This document shows, in pieces, positions 19,226 to 28,387 of a stretch of 48,091 nt of DNA. The DNA is from an uncultured Bacteroidales bacterium (GTDB lineage Bacteria > Bacteroidota > Bacteroidia > Bacteroidales > UBA7960): positions 1 through 48,091 of the forward strand of contig CAYMLS010000002.1 of assembly GCA_964390665.1 (NCBI GenBank). Direction: 5' to 3'. The notes below the pieces were generated by a model that was given only the letters and a program-made list of their open reading frames with translations, was not told the DNA's origin and ran no database searches. Position numbers and translations under genes: made by a program. Position 1 is the stretch's first letter, and each line of letters opens with the position of its first letter.

Positions 19226-19356
19226 TTTTATCTGTTTATATTTGTTTTTCAATTGACGGATGGAGATCGCCAATACGCTGACTGCATGTTTTACCATGCC
19301 ACGAATTATAATCATGCACGTGTGTGTCAATATTATTATTGTCATGGTTCGGTTTA
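19226..19356 (-). repeat. Family-1 intergenic element, copy C (lacks the variable hairpin)
   Basis: On the plus strand it reads TTTTATCTGTTTATA...CGCCAATACGCTGACTGCATGTTTTACCATGCCACGAATTATAATCATGCACGTGTGTGTCAATATTATTATTGTCATGGTTCGGTTTA. Confidence 0.8.
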
Positions 19357-19535
19357 TCCCAAAAGCATCTTGTAAACAGCATCGCATTGCTGACCTTCAA
19401 CTTACTTGAGATTTAAGGTGTTAAAAAAGCGGAACGGGTGCAATTTTTCAAACCTATTTCAAAACCTGTTGTTTGGATTATGAATAAACAGTAGTTTAAT
19501 TATGATCGGGATGATCATTCCGAAATAAAAACTCC

Positions 19536-20117
19536 ATGAAAATCACCAATAGTATGTATAATATGCCAGCAATGAAAAGAAACCTAAACAATCCAAACAA
19601 AACGCTTTCTGGTTTTGTCAGTCGTTTCATCCTTATCCTTGCTTTCTTATTGATTGGTTTACCCAAACAAGGTTCCGGAAAGAACACATTGTCTGAAAAA
19701 ATTGTCACCTATTCTTTTGAAGAATTAGCGCCACGACTGCATCAAAAAACCGACTCTCTCTATATAATCAATTTTTGGGCAACCTGGTGCGCTCCCTGTG
19801 TAAAAGAGATTCCTGCCTTTGAAAAAATCCAGAAAGAATATGGTGATCGAAAGGTCAAGGTTTTGTTTGTGAGCCTTGATTTTCCGGGACAGATAGAAAG
19901 TCGTTTAATTCCTTTCATGGAAGAAATGAATATGAAAGCAGAAGTGATACTGCTGGATGAAGTAGATGGAAATAAATGGATACCAAAGGTTGATGAAGAG
20001 TGGAGTGGTGCAATTCCTGCCACATTAATATACAATTCAGAAAAGAGAATGTTTTATGCACGTGAATTTACTTATGAAGAACTTCAGCATGCCCTACTAT
20101 CTTTTTTAGAACCTTAA
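19536..20117 (+). CDS. TlpA-like thioredoxin-fold protein (thiol-disulfide oxidoreductase)
   Basis: WATWCAPCVKE CxxC motif. There is a hydrophobic anchor FVSRFILILAFLLIGL. The start is uncertain because several in-frame Met codons lie in the first 14 codons. Confidence 0.75.
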   Translation: MKITNSMYNMPAMKRNLNNPNKTLSGFVSRFILILAFLLIGLPKQGSGKNTLSEKIVTYSFEELAPRLHQKTDSLYIINFWATWCAPCVKEIPAFEKIQKEYGDRKVKVLFVSLDFPGQIESRLIPFMEEMNMKAEVILLDEVDGNKWIPKVDEEWSGAIPATLIYNSEKRMFYAREFTYEELQHALLSFLEP

Positions 20118-20145
20118 ATTATTAATCATTTAAAATCAGAAAACT

Positions 20146-20745
20146 ATGAAACAAATTGCTTTTTTTATTTCGCTATTTTTGATCGCTTCTGTATCCTTTG
20201 CCAGTTCAGGTTACCAGGTAGGAGATAAAGCAGAAGATTTTAAATTAAAAAATGTAGACGGAAGTTACGTATCGATGGCAGATTTTCCGGATGCCAAAGG
20301 TTTTGTGGTGATTTTTTCCTGCAACCACTGTCCTTATGTTGTCGCCTATGAAGATCGTATGATTGAACTGCACAACGAATTTGCAGATCAGGGATTCCCC
20401 GTTATTGCGATCAATTCCAACGACCCCGAGCTGCAGCCCGAGGATTCTTTTGAGAAAATGCAGGTACGTGCCAAAGAAAAGAACTTCCCTTTCCCGTATC
20501 TTGTAGATGATAAACAAGAGGTTTACCCAAAATTTGGAGCTGAACGTACGCCCCATGTTTATTTGCTCAAAAGAGATGGCAAAGATCTGAAGGTTGCCTA
20601 TATCGGCACCATAGATGACAATTACCGCGATGCATCCAAGGTAAAGGAAAGGTATCTTGCCAATGCTATTACTGCAGTGATGAATGGGGAATCCCCGGCG
20701 CCGGCAACCACAAAAGCCATAGGTTGTACTATCAAGTCAAAATAG
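20146..20745 (+). CDS. Thioredoxin-family (AhpC/TSA-redoxin-like) secreted protein
   Basis: Signal peptide MKQIAFFISLFLIASVSFA. It has the FSCNHCPYV CxxC motif and the HVYLL motif typical of this thioredoxin-like family. Confidence 0.75.
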   Translation: MKQIAFFISLFLIASVSFASSGYQVGDKAEDFKLKNVDGSYVSMADFPDAKGFVVIFSCNHCPYVVAYEDRMIELHNEFADQGFPVIAINSNDPELQPEDSFEKMQVRAKEKNFPFPYLVDDKQEVYPKFGAERTPHVYLLKRDGKDLKVAYIGTIDDNYRDASKVKERYLANAITAVMNGESPAPATTKAIGCTIKSK

Positions 20746-20836
20746 TTTTACAGAAAGCTTGTGCATGGCAGATCATCACAATTTATCACGAAAGCAAACC
20801 AACGATCTGCAGATCAAAATGAATACTATAAAAGAT

Positions 20837-20881
20837 AAAAAAAAGGACGATGTTTTCAAAAACACCGTCCTTTTATTTTTT
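20837..20881. terminator. Bidirectional intrinsic terminator between the redoxin gene and hup
   Basis: GGACGATGTTT/AAACACCGTCC stem (one mismatch, 20845-20870), flanked by an A-run upstream and TTTTATTTTTT downstream. It sits between convergent genes. Confidence 0.65.
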
Positions 20882-20899
20882 CATTCAGAAGTTGAAAAA

Positions 20900-21172
20900 C
20901 TAGTTAACAACATCGGCTAACTCAGCACCGGCTTTGAATTTTACTACTTTTTTTGCGGGGATAGTAATTTCTTTACCAGTTTGAGGATTTCTACCTTTAC
21001 GTTCTTCTCTGCTTGAAACAGAAAAAGATCCAAATCCTACAAGTGCTACTCTGTCGCCACTTTTCAAGGCTTCAGTTGTTGATCCAATGAAAGCGTCGAG
21101 CGCTTTTTTTGCATCGGCTTTTGTTAAACCGGATTGAGATGCCATAGCATCAATTAATTCTGCTTTGTTCAT
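20900..21172 (-). CDS. hup: HU family DNA-binding protein
   Basis: 90 aa with the canonical HU sequence ([11 protein letters not shown]..., [28 protein letters not shown]). Confidence 0.93.
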   Translation of the reverse strand: MNKAELIDAMASQSGLTKADAKKALDAFIGSTTEALKSGDRVALVGFGSFSVSSREERKGRNPQTGKEITIPAKKVVKFKAGAELADVVN

Positions 21173-21227
21173 TTTTTTTGATTTTAATTAGTTTCGCTTA
21201 AATAATAAAAATTTCCTTTAACCATTG

Positions 21228-21258
21228 CAAATATAGGTTATTTATAAAAAAAACCAAG
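21228..21258 (-). promoter_or_regulatory. Candidate promoter for hup (TTG-N19-TATATTTG)
   Basis: The minus strand reads cTTGg, then 19 nt, then TATATTTG (21228-21235). This is a perfect TAnnTTTG -7 box about 55 nt upstream of the hup ATG. Confidence 0.45.
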
Positions 21259-21386
21259 TTAATTCTGCGAAAAGTACTGATTTTGTTGAAAAAAACGGGG
21301 TTTTGTTAATAACTTACACCCAAAATCATCGGTTTTACTGGCATTTTAGAATAATCTACCTCCGAAATATGTATAGGAAACCCTTG

Positions 21387-22349
21387 TTAAAAAGTGAATC
21401 CACGAAGAAATTCGAGGGTGCTCATACGTCTTTTTCCAGCTGCCTGAAGGCTTTTTATGTCAATAAAACCGTTCGGACAAGCCATTTTCAGATAATTTTT
21501 GTTATCCGTTATCAATTCTCCCGGCACATTGGCTGTTTCGGAATACTCATAATCACAATCAAAAATCTTAAGGATGAAAGGTTGATCCAAAGAGTCATAA
21601 ACCTCTGTAAAGGCCCCCGGAAAAGGGTTAAGACCTCTTATGTGGTTAAAAACGCTAGTTACATCGTTTTGCCAGTTAATTCTACAGTCCTCTTTGAATA
21701 TTTTGGGTGCTTTTTTCAGTTCCTTTTCTGTTGTCTGACTGATCAACTCATCCTGGTCAATGGTTTCAGTTTTTTCCGCACGGATCATTTCCAGGGTATC
21801 AATGACAAGTTCTGCACCCAATACTTTTAACCTGTCGTGCAGTTCTCCGGCAGTCTCATCATCTCTGATCCTGGTCTCCCGCATCGCAATGATCTTTCCG
21901 GTATCAATTTTTTCATCCAGAAAAAAAGTTGTGACACCGGTTTTGGTTTCACCATTCATGATGGCTCTGTTGATGGGTGCTGCACCACGATATTGGGGCA
22001 ATAAGGAGGCATGCAAATTAAACGTACCTTTTCCCGGCAGTTTCCATACCTGCTGCGGAAGCATCCGAAAAGCAACCACAACCTGTACATCGGGTTGAAT
22101 GGATTTGAGTTGTTCTATAAAATCAGGAGATTTAAGATTCTCTGGCTGCAACACCGTTAATCCCTGTTCCAGGGCAAACCTTTTAACCGCTGAGGCAGTG
22201 ATCTTGCGCCCTCTTCCGGCAGGTTTGTCTGGTGCGGTAACTACTGCTGCTATGTTGTACCCATGATGGAGCATTTTTTCAAGAGATGCAACTGCCATCT
22301 CAGGTGTACCCATAAAAACAATCCGTAAGTCTTTTTTATCCATGATCAA
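21387..22349 (-). CDS. fmt: Methionyl-tRNA formyltransferase
   Basis: 320 aa. It has RIVFMGTPE, the formyl-transferase motifs NLHASLLPQYRGAAPI and DTG, and a C-terminal Fmt domain. Confidence 0.92.
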   Translation of the reverse strand: MIMDKKDLRIVFMGTPEMAVASLEKMLHHGYNIAAVVTAPDKPAGRGRKITASAVKRFALEQGLTVLQPENLKSPDFIEQLKSIQPDVQVVVAFRMLPQQVWKLPGKGTFNLHASLLPQYRGAAPINRAIMNGETKTGVTTFFLDEKIDTGKIIAMRETRIRDDETAGELHDRLKVLGAELVIDTLEMIRAEKTETIDQDELISQTTEKELKKAPKIFKEDCRINWQNDVTSVFNHIRGLNPFPGAFTEVYDSLDQPFILKIFDCDYEYSETANVPGELITDNKNYLKMACPNGFIDIKSLQAAGKRRMSTLEFLRGFTF

Positions 22350-22506
22350 ATAATTGTATCGTTAAAAAACTGGTCAAATATGGTTGCGATCTGCTGTCTT
22401 TTCCTTCAACCACTTAGAAGTATTTCCCTGCAGAACTTACCAGACGGGGAAAGAATCAAACCGGCTCATAAGCGGTTATCAAAAGAAATCGATCTGCTTA
22501 TAAAAG

Positions 22507-22545
22507 AAAACAGGCGAAGATGTGGAATCCGCCTGTTTTGTCAAT
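22507..22545 (-). terminator. Intrinsic terminator about 265 nt downstream of ribH
   Basis: Stem CAGGCG/CGCCTG extended by four A-T pairs (22507-22539). On the minus strand it is followed by TTTTCTTTT. Confidence 0.5.
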
Positions 22546-22607
22546 AATTTTTATCAGTATAGCCCCGGTACAATGAAAAAATTGTAATCCTAAAAATGAT
22601 TCCACTA

Positions 22608-22727
22608 CAAAAAGTCTGTTATCCACAAATAACGTAAATTGACACTAATTTTAATACCTGACATTCAGGCAAATAAAGAAGAATATTTTCACGAATTTAC
22701 CGAAAACGAGTTTTCGGAGTGGACTCA
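22608..22727 (+). repeat. Family-2 intergenic repeat, copy 3
   Basis: AAAAAGTCTGTTATCCACAAATAACGTAAATTGACACTAATTTT...TTCACGAATTTA, then hairpin CCGAAAA/TTTTCGG (22700-22717), then AGTGGACTCA. Confidence 0.6.
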
Positions 22728-22802
22728 AAAATGGATATTGGTTTTGTCGAACTTAGTGTTTTTCCACTTTACTTCGTTCCGTCCGGAATGACATACAGAT
22801 GA

Positions 22803-23294
22803 TTATTTTACCTGATTCTTCAGATGCACCATTTTAATGGCAGTAACAGCGGCTTCATCACCTTTGTTCCCATGTTTTCCGCCGGCACGGTCTTTTGCCT
22901 GCTCCCAATTATTGGGGGTAAGCACACCAAATACAACGGGCAGGTCATAATCAAGTCCCACCCTGGTTATGCCATCTGCCACCGCATTACAAATAAATTC
23001 AAAATGGCGGGTTTCGCCCTGTATAACACATCCCAGGCAGATCACTGCATCATATCGTTTTGTTTGCGCCAAAAATTTTGCACCCAAAGGTAACTCAAAA
23101 CTTCCGGGAACATAGTGAACGTCTAAATGAATATCCTTTGCACCATGTTTTTTCAAAAAGTCTACAGCACCATCGCGCAAAGCAAAAGTAATTTCATCAT
23201 TCCACTCAGAAACCACAATACCAAATCTCATTTTGGAGGCATCTGGTACAGTATTCAGATCATGTTCCGACAGGTTTTTCTTTTTTTTATCCAT
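22803..23294 (-). CDS. ribH: 6,7-dimethyl-8-ribityllumazine synthase
   Basis: 163 aa. It has RFGIVVSEWN, YVPGSFELP, GCVIQGETRHFEF and a KGDEAA-type C-terminus typical of RibH. Confidence 0.92.
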   Translation of the reverse strand: MDKKKKNLSEHDLNTVPDASKMRFGIVVSEWNDEITFALRDGAVDFLKKHGAKDIHLDVHYVPGSFELPLGAKFLAQTKRYDAVICLGCVIQGETRHFEFICNAVADGITRVGLDYDLPVVFGVLTPNNWEQAKDRAGGKHGNKGDEAAVTAIKMVHLKNQVK

Positions 23295-23305
23295 GACAAA
23301 TACGA

Positions 23306-23998
23306 TCAGGAATTAATAAGTGCCTGTGCACGTGATATATAACGCTCAATATTCCGACCTTCATTGGTATTGGGAAAATCTTTTTGAATGCGCTCATAGG
23401 CTTCCACCGCTTCAGTGTAGTTGCCCTGCAATTCATGAACCATTGCCAGTTTCATCAAAAATGCAGGTGAAGTGAGGGGATTGGAATAGCGATCGGTTGC
23501 TTTTTTGTAATAATCTACTGCCTTTTCCATATCTCCTGATTGCAAATGAGCATCACCAAGTGCACCCAGCGCCATGGGAGCAACAAGCTCATCTTTTCGC
23601 TTGTATTTTTTAAGGTGTGTGATCGCCTCCTCATATTCACCCATATTCAGATACGAAACTCCTGCATAATAACGCGCCAGGTTTGCAGAACTGGTCATTT
23701 TGTATTCAGAAATAATATCGAGAAAACCCAGATGAGCAGCGTCGCCTTCCAGAGCAAGTTGCAAACTGTCTTCGGCAAAGTATCTCTCTGCCATGAACAT
23801 TTCCTCACTGGCTTCTTGTTCCCGCGGATCAATGATAAAACGGTTGAACCCGATATAACCAGCAATAATCAAAACGATAAAGGCAATAACACCGATAAGC
23901 AGATTCTGATTCTTTTCGATGAACTGTTCACTTTTACTCAATGCTTCCTCAACAGCAACGATATTTTTTTCTCCTTGCTCTGTTTTATTATTCTTCAT
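23306..23998 (-). CDS. Membrane-anchored tetratricopeptide-repeat protein (YfgM-like)
   Basis: 230 aa. It has one N-terminal TM helix (LLIGVIAFIVLIIAGYIGF) followed by TPR-like repeats. It lies 11 nt upstream of ribH on the same strand. Confidence 0.65.
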   Translation of the reverse strand: MKNNKTEQGEKNIVAVEEALSKSEQFIEKNQNLLIGVIAFIVLIIAGYIGFNRFIIDPREQEASEEMFMAERYFAEDSLQLALEGDAAHLGFLDIISEYKMTSSANLARYYAGVSYLNMGEYEEAITHLKKYKRKDELVAPMALGALGDAHLQSGDMEKAVDYYKKATDRYSNPLTSPAFLMKLAMVHELQGNYTEAVEAYERIQKDFPNTNEGRNIERYISRAQALINS

Positions 23999-24173
23999 GC
24001 TTAATTTATTATTTGATGTTTATTTTATGATTTCTAATAGAAAACAGGTACAATAAAAACCAATCAAATTTGTTGATACCTATACCTTCATTTTTTTTTG
24101 TGTGCAAAATTAACCTAATTTTGCGTGTTTCAAATATTTTATTTGAACAACCTGCTTTTTTTGACAAATTTTT

Positions 24174-25652
24174 ATGAGAAAACTTTTCCCTCTTCTGGCA
24201 ACGCTGCTTATCTTGCTTCTGGTATTGCAATTTCAATCATGCCGGGAAGATAACTTTGATGATTCACCATCCGTTCAACTGTCCTTTTCTACCGACTCAC
24301 TGCTTTTCGATACGGTATTTACCACCATAGGATCATCTACGCGCTATTTTAAGGTATATAACCAGCACTCTTCGGGTGTGGTCATATCTGACCTTCGCCT
24401 GGCAGGTGGACAAAGTTCTTTCTTTCGTATCAATGCCAACGGCAGTAGCGGCACACATATTACTGATCTGGAGATCGGTGCCAATGACAGCATTTATGTG
24501 TTTGTTGAAGTAACGGTTGACCCGCTGGGTGAAGACCTGCCTTTGGTTATTTCCGACAGTGTGGTTTTTTACATGAACAATAATGTTCAGGACGTAAAAC
24601 TTGTTGCCTGGGGGCAGGATGCCAATTTTATCCGCCCTAATTATTCTGATACCATCAATAATATTGACTACCATCTGATAACCAACCATACAACCTGGTC
24701 AGGAATAAAACCCTGGGTGGTCTACGGACTGGTAGTGGTTGCGCCCGATGCTTCCCTTACCATCGATAAAGGATCAAAGGTACACTTCCACAACAACTCA
24801 GCAATGATATTTTTGAATCGGTCGAGTTTAAAAATAGAGGGTACTGCAGAAGAACAGGTTGTTTTGCAGGGCGACCGCCTTGAAACAGATTATGCTGACC
24901 TACCCGGTCAATGGGGATACATCTGGCTGACAGCAGGAAGCCAGGATCACATAATTGAGAATGCAACCATCAAAAATGCTACTTATGGCGTCATTATGGA
25001 CTCCATTGGCAGTTTTACAGAACCAACACTGCGCATGCACAACACCATTGTAAAAAACATGGACCAAACAGGACTGGAACTGAGGGGTGCATGGGTGGAA
25101 GCAACCAATCTTGTGGTTGCCAATTGTGGGGTAAATGCCATCAATATGATGCTGGGCGGAAACTATAGTTTCAAACATATTACCGTTGGCAACTATTTCA
25201 GCCTGCCAGGTACCATCCGGCAAACCCCTTCTCTGGCATTCAATAATTACTATGTTGATACATCCAATACGGTGCAGGTGAGAGATTTTGAACAGATCTA
25301 CTTTGGCAATTCCATTATTTATGGCAGTTTGACTGATGAGATATCGCTCGATCTTTTCCCGGATAACAACAACCCTGGCTTTACTTTCGATCATTGTCTG
25401 ATCAGAACCTCCCTGCATACACAATTTCCGGATTTGTTTATCAATAGTATAACCAATCAACAACCCCGATTCGTGGAAGCGCGCGATAATAACTACAGAT
25501 TGCGCGAGGATAGTCCTGCCAGAAAAAAAGGCAGTACCGAAATTGCCCTTGAGGTACCCCTGGATATTTTAGGACGAAACCGTACCGACAGCGTAGATGT
25601 AGGTGCTTATCAGTATTATGAGGAAGAAGTGGAAGAGGAAGGTAATAATTAG
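24174..25652 (+). CDS. Hypothetical lipoprotein, probable beta-helix-rich
   Basis: Lipobox LVLQFQSC. The sequence is 492 aa, rich in N/G/T/I repeats reminiscent of right-handed beta-helix proteins. No catalytic motif was recognised. Confidence 0.4.
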   Translation: MRKLFPLLATLLILLLVLQFQSCREDNFDDSPSVQLSFSTDSLLFDTVFTTIGSSTRYFKVYNQHSSGVVISDLRLAGGQSSFFRINANGSSGTHITDLEIGANDSIYVFVEVTVDPLGEDLPLVISDSVVFYMNNNVQDVKLVAWGQDANFIRPNYSDTINNIDYHLITNHTTWSGIKPWVVYGLVVVAPDASLTIDKGSKVHFHNNSAMIFLNRSSLKIEGTAEEQVVLQGDRLETDYADLPGQWGYIWLTAGSQDHIIENATIKNATYGVIMDSIGSFTEPTLRMHNTIVKNMDQTGLELRGAWVEATNLVVANCGVNAINMMLGGNYSFKHITVGNYFSLPGTIRQTPSLAFNNYYVDTSNTVQVRDFEQIYFGNSIIYGSLTDEISLDLFPDNNNPGFTFDHCLIRTSLHTQFPDLFINSITNQQPRFVEARDNNYRLREDSPARKKGSTEIALEVPLDILGRNRTDSVDVGAYQYYEEEVEEEGNN

Positions 25653-25742
25653 TGCCAGCAAGTAAACCCGCATTCTTATATGTGCTTGATAAAGATAGCT
25701 TCAAGTGCAAGGCAGGAGATGACCGAAAAACAGGAGTTTAAT

Positions 25743-25885
25743 TTTATCTGTTTATAATTTTATTAAACAGGTCCCCGTCCTTTTCTTACGGGGGGAGTTC
25801 GCCATCATGCTGACTGCATGTTTTATCATGTTGCGAATTATACTCCTCCGCGTACGTGTCAAAATTTTTGTCATGGCTCGGTTCA
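25743..25885 (-). repeat. Family-1 intergenic element, copy D
   Basis: On the plus strand it reads TTTTATCTGTTTATAATTTTATTAAA, then hairpin CCCCGT/ACGGGG, then CTGACTGCATGTTTTATCATG...GTGTCAAAATTTTTGTCATGGCTCGGTTCA. Confidence 0.85.
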
Positions 25886-25925
25886 CCCATGTACAATTCA
25901 TTTGCTGTCACAATGATCAAGACTG

Positions 25926-28373
25926 CTAATCATCCGATATCCGCCTCATCTCCTCATCTATGGCCGAACGGCTTCTTTGACGTGCTTTGGCCTGCTGGTT
26001 GCCAAAATTCCAGGTTAAACTGAAACCGAACCTTTGGTTGTCAAACGTTCTCACACCATCCGTAACAATACCACCATAATTGCTCTGGTAAAAGTAATCG
26101 CTGTTGGTTCTGAATATGTCACTGCCTGTCAATTGCACAATAAGGGTTCTGTTCATAAACGATTTTCTCACTCCCACATTCAATCCCTGGTTTCCTTCTA
26201 CTTCAACCGAACCACGCCATATCCAGGGGCTGTAAATATAGTAAGTGAGTTCCAGGTTTACATCACCAGGGAGTTTGAGCATATTTTGCACACGGAAATT
26301 ATATTTGCTAACGGTAAGATCAATTACAGTTCCTTGCAGATCGCCCCCGTATGTCTCATAGTTATAGTTGAAAAAGGTATTGAACTGCCACCACTCCAAA
26401 GGCTGCACCGGATAAGTAACCGATAATGCATAATTTGTAACCTTGTCCATATTTCGGGGGGTGAGAAAACTGTTCTCTTCTTCAGCAACAAAAATAGTAG
26501 CAAAAAAATCGCGTGTGATGCTGTAAGAATTGGAAATAACCAATTTTCTTTTCCAGGAATACGACAGGTTATAATTGGTGATATAGTTGGGTTGCAGAAA
26601 AGGATTACCTTTCCATGACTGAATTTCGCTCATTTTATATTCAAATGGGTTCAAAGATTGATAATCAGGTCTGTTGATCCGCCTTCCCACACTTGCACTT
26701 ATAGTGCTGTTTTTCTGGTTGTTGTAGGAAATACCGATGCTGGGAAAAAAGTCGTTATAATTTCTGTTTACCCTGTCGTCGAGTGTGGGTACCTCACTAT
26801 CAAGCACACCGAGGGAGGAAGTGTTTTCCATACGTACACCTGCATTCAAAGAGAGGTATTCGTTGGGTTGGGCATTCATCATGAAATAAAAGGCAGCAAC
26901 ATTTTCTTCATAACTAAAATCGTTGCTTTGTGAGATATCGTAAACAGGACTGCCTTCCACAAAATTATAAAAAGCCAGGCTGTTGTCGGTGCGGATATAA
27001 GAATACTTGGCCCCGGTGGAAAAAGTAAGAAAGCTGAACTTTTTCTCGTAATCAACCATGGCAGATGCGATATCGATGGATGTGCCCGTATCGAAACGAC
27101 TGTTGGAGGTTCTGATAACGCTTCCTATACCAGGGTCATAATATGTGTTGGGTTGATCTGTACCACCTGTCAGGTCGTATCGCCCAAAACTGATATTGGT
27201 TGATATATTGGCGGTAGTGCCTGGAGTGTACCGGTGGTTAAGATTGATCATGTAGTTTTCAGTAGGATCATCTTCAAATGTTTCAGCAATCAGTAATTCT
27301 GCAGGTAATTCATCCTGGGCATGAGCAATGCCGGTATTATTCAGCGACTCACCGCCTCTGTCGGTTATAAAAACCCTGCCATCAAGGGAGATTGAATTTT
27401 TTTCATTGAGCGTATAATCCATACCGCCAGAAAAGTTATATCCTGTTCGGTAGTAAAGACCATCGGTTTGCATATCGAGAATAAAACCACGCTGTTCGGA
27501 TATTTCATTAAAATCATCCTGAAACTCTGAATCGTTGATGGACAGACTAGTGTTAAAAGCCAGTTTCTCTCCCATATAATTGAGTGATGTACCCAGGTTG
27601 CCACGTCCGTGATTACCCAATGAATATCCAGATACAAGGTTTCCGTTAAATCCCAGATTCTTGTTTTTCTTCATAATAATATTGATAATACCGCCCGTTC
27701 CTTCGGCATCATACTTTGCTGATGGATTGGTAATGAGTTCAATGGACTCAATGTTATCTGACGACATCCCTTCGAGCAGGTTATCCAGATCATCTCCGGA
27801 AAGGCGTGACGGACGACCATTGATATAGATCTGCACACCCGACTTACCTTGCAAGCTGATGCTGTTGTCCATATCTACGGTAACTCCCGGTGCATCTCCT
27901 AATAGTTCCAGTGCATTGGTTCCCGAGGCATTGACACTTGCCGATACATTATAAACCATTTTATCAGGATGTATTTCGATCAGGTTTTTATCTGCAGAAA
28001 CCACAACCTCACCCAGTTGATTGACAGCCTGAAGCAGGTAAATGGGATCAAGCTCCAGCATCATGCCGGGTTCAATGGTGATAAGGTCTGAGATGTAGGT
28101 ACGGAATTCTATATTCCTGATCTGCAAATAATAATCTTCGGGTTCCACATTTTCAAGCAGGTAAGAACCATCTTCCTGGCTCAATACCCCTTTTACAAGA
28201 ACTGAATCCTTGTTGAGCAAGACCACAGTTGAATACATGGCCGGCTCATTATCAGGGTTGAAAACGAATCCACTTATTTGAGCCTTTTCATTCTGCGCCA
28301 TTAGCATATTGCAGAAGAACATCAGAATAATAAACAGAGTTAATTTATATTTTAAAATAGTCATAGCCTTCAA
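25926..28373 (-). CDS. Outer-membrane beta-barrel receptor with CarboxypepD_reg N-terminal domain (TonB-dependent-receptor-like)
   Basis: 815 aa. It has a signal peptide, then ISGFVFNPDNEPAMYSTVVLL (carboxypeptidase-regulatory-like fold), a plug-like region (DAPGVTVDMDNSISLQGKSGVQIYINGRP), and a long alternating beta-strand region. Confidence 0.8.
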   Translation of the reverse strand: MKAMTILKYKLTLFIILMFFCNMLMAQNEKAQISGFVFNPDNEPAMYSTVVLLNKDSVLVKGVLSQEDGSYLLENVEPEDYYLQIRNIEFRTYISDLITIEPGMMLELDPIYLLQAVNQLGEVVVSADKNLIEIHPDKMVYNVSASVNASGTNALELLGDAPGVTVDMDNSISLQGKSGVQIYINGRPSRLSGDDLDNLLEGMSSDNIESIELITNPSAKYDAEGTGGIINIIMKKNKNLGFNGNLVSGYSLGNHGRGNLGTSLNYMGEKLAFNTSLSINDSEFQDDFNEISEQRGFILDMQTDGLYYRTGYNFSGGMDYTLNEKNSISLDGRVFITDRGGESLNNTGIAHAQDELPAELLIAETFEDDPTENYMINLNHRYTPGTTANISTNISFGRYDLTGGTDQPNTYYDPGIGSVIRTSNSRFDTGTSIDIASAMVDYEKKFSFLTFSTGAKYSYIRTDNSLAFYNFVEGSPVYDISQSNDFSYEENVAAFYFMMNAQPNEYLSLNAGVRMENTSSLGVLDSEVPTLDDRVNRNYNDFFPSIGISYNNQKNSTISASVGRRINRPDYQSLNPFEYKMSEIQSWKGNPFLQPNYITNYNLSYSWKRKLVISNSYSITRDFFATIFVAEEENSFLTPRNMDKVTNYALSVTYPVQPLEWWQFNTFFNYNYETYGGDLQGTVIDLTVSKYNFRVQNMLKLPGDVNLELTYYIYSPWIWRGSVEVEGNQGLNVGVRKSFMNRTLIVQLTGSDIFRTNSDYFYQSNYGGIVTDGVRTFDNQRFGFSLTWNFGNQQAKARQRSRSAIDEEMRRISDD

Positions 28374-28387
28374 TTGGATTTAAAAAT

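Noticed and set aside
173-22627. DnaA-box-like nonamers TTGTCCACA (173-181) and TTATCCACA (22619-22627) as a sign of a replication origin.
   Set aside because: They are single boxes embedded in copies of the family-2 repeat. There is no cluster of boxes, no adjacent dnaA/dnaN and no obvious AT-rich unwinding-element arrangement. oriC is therefore unlikely.
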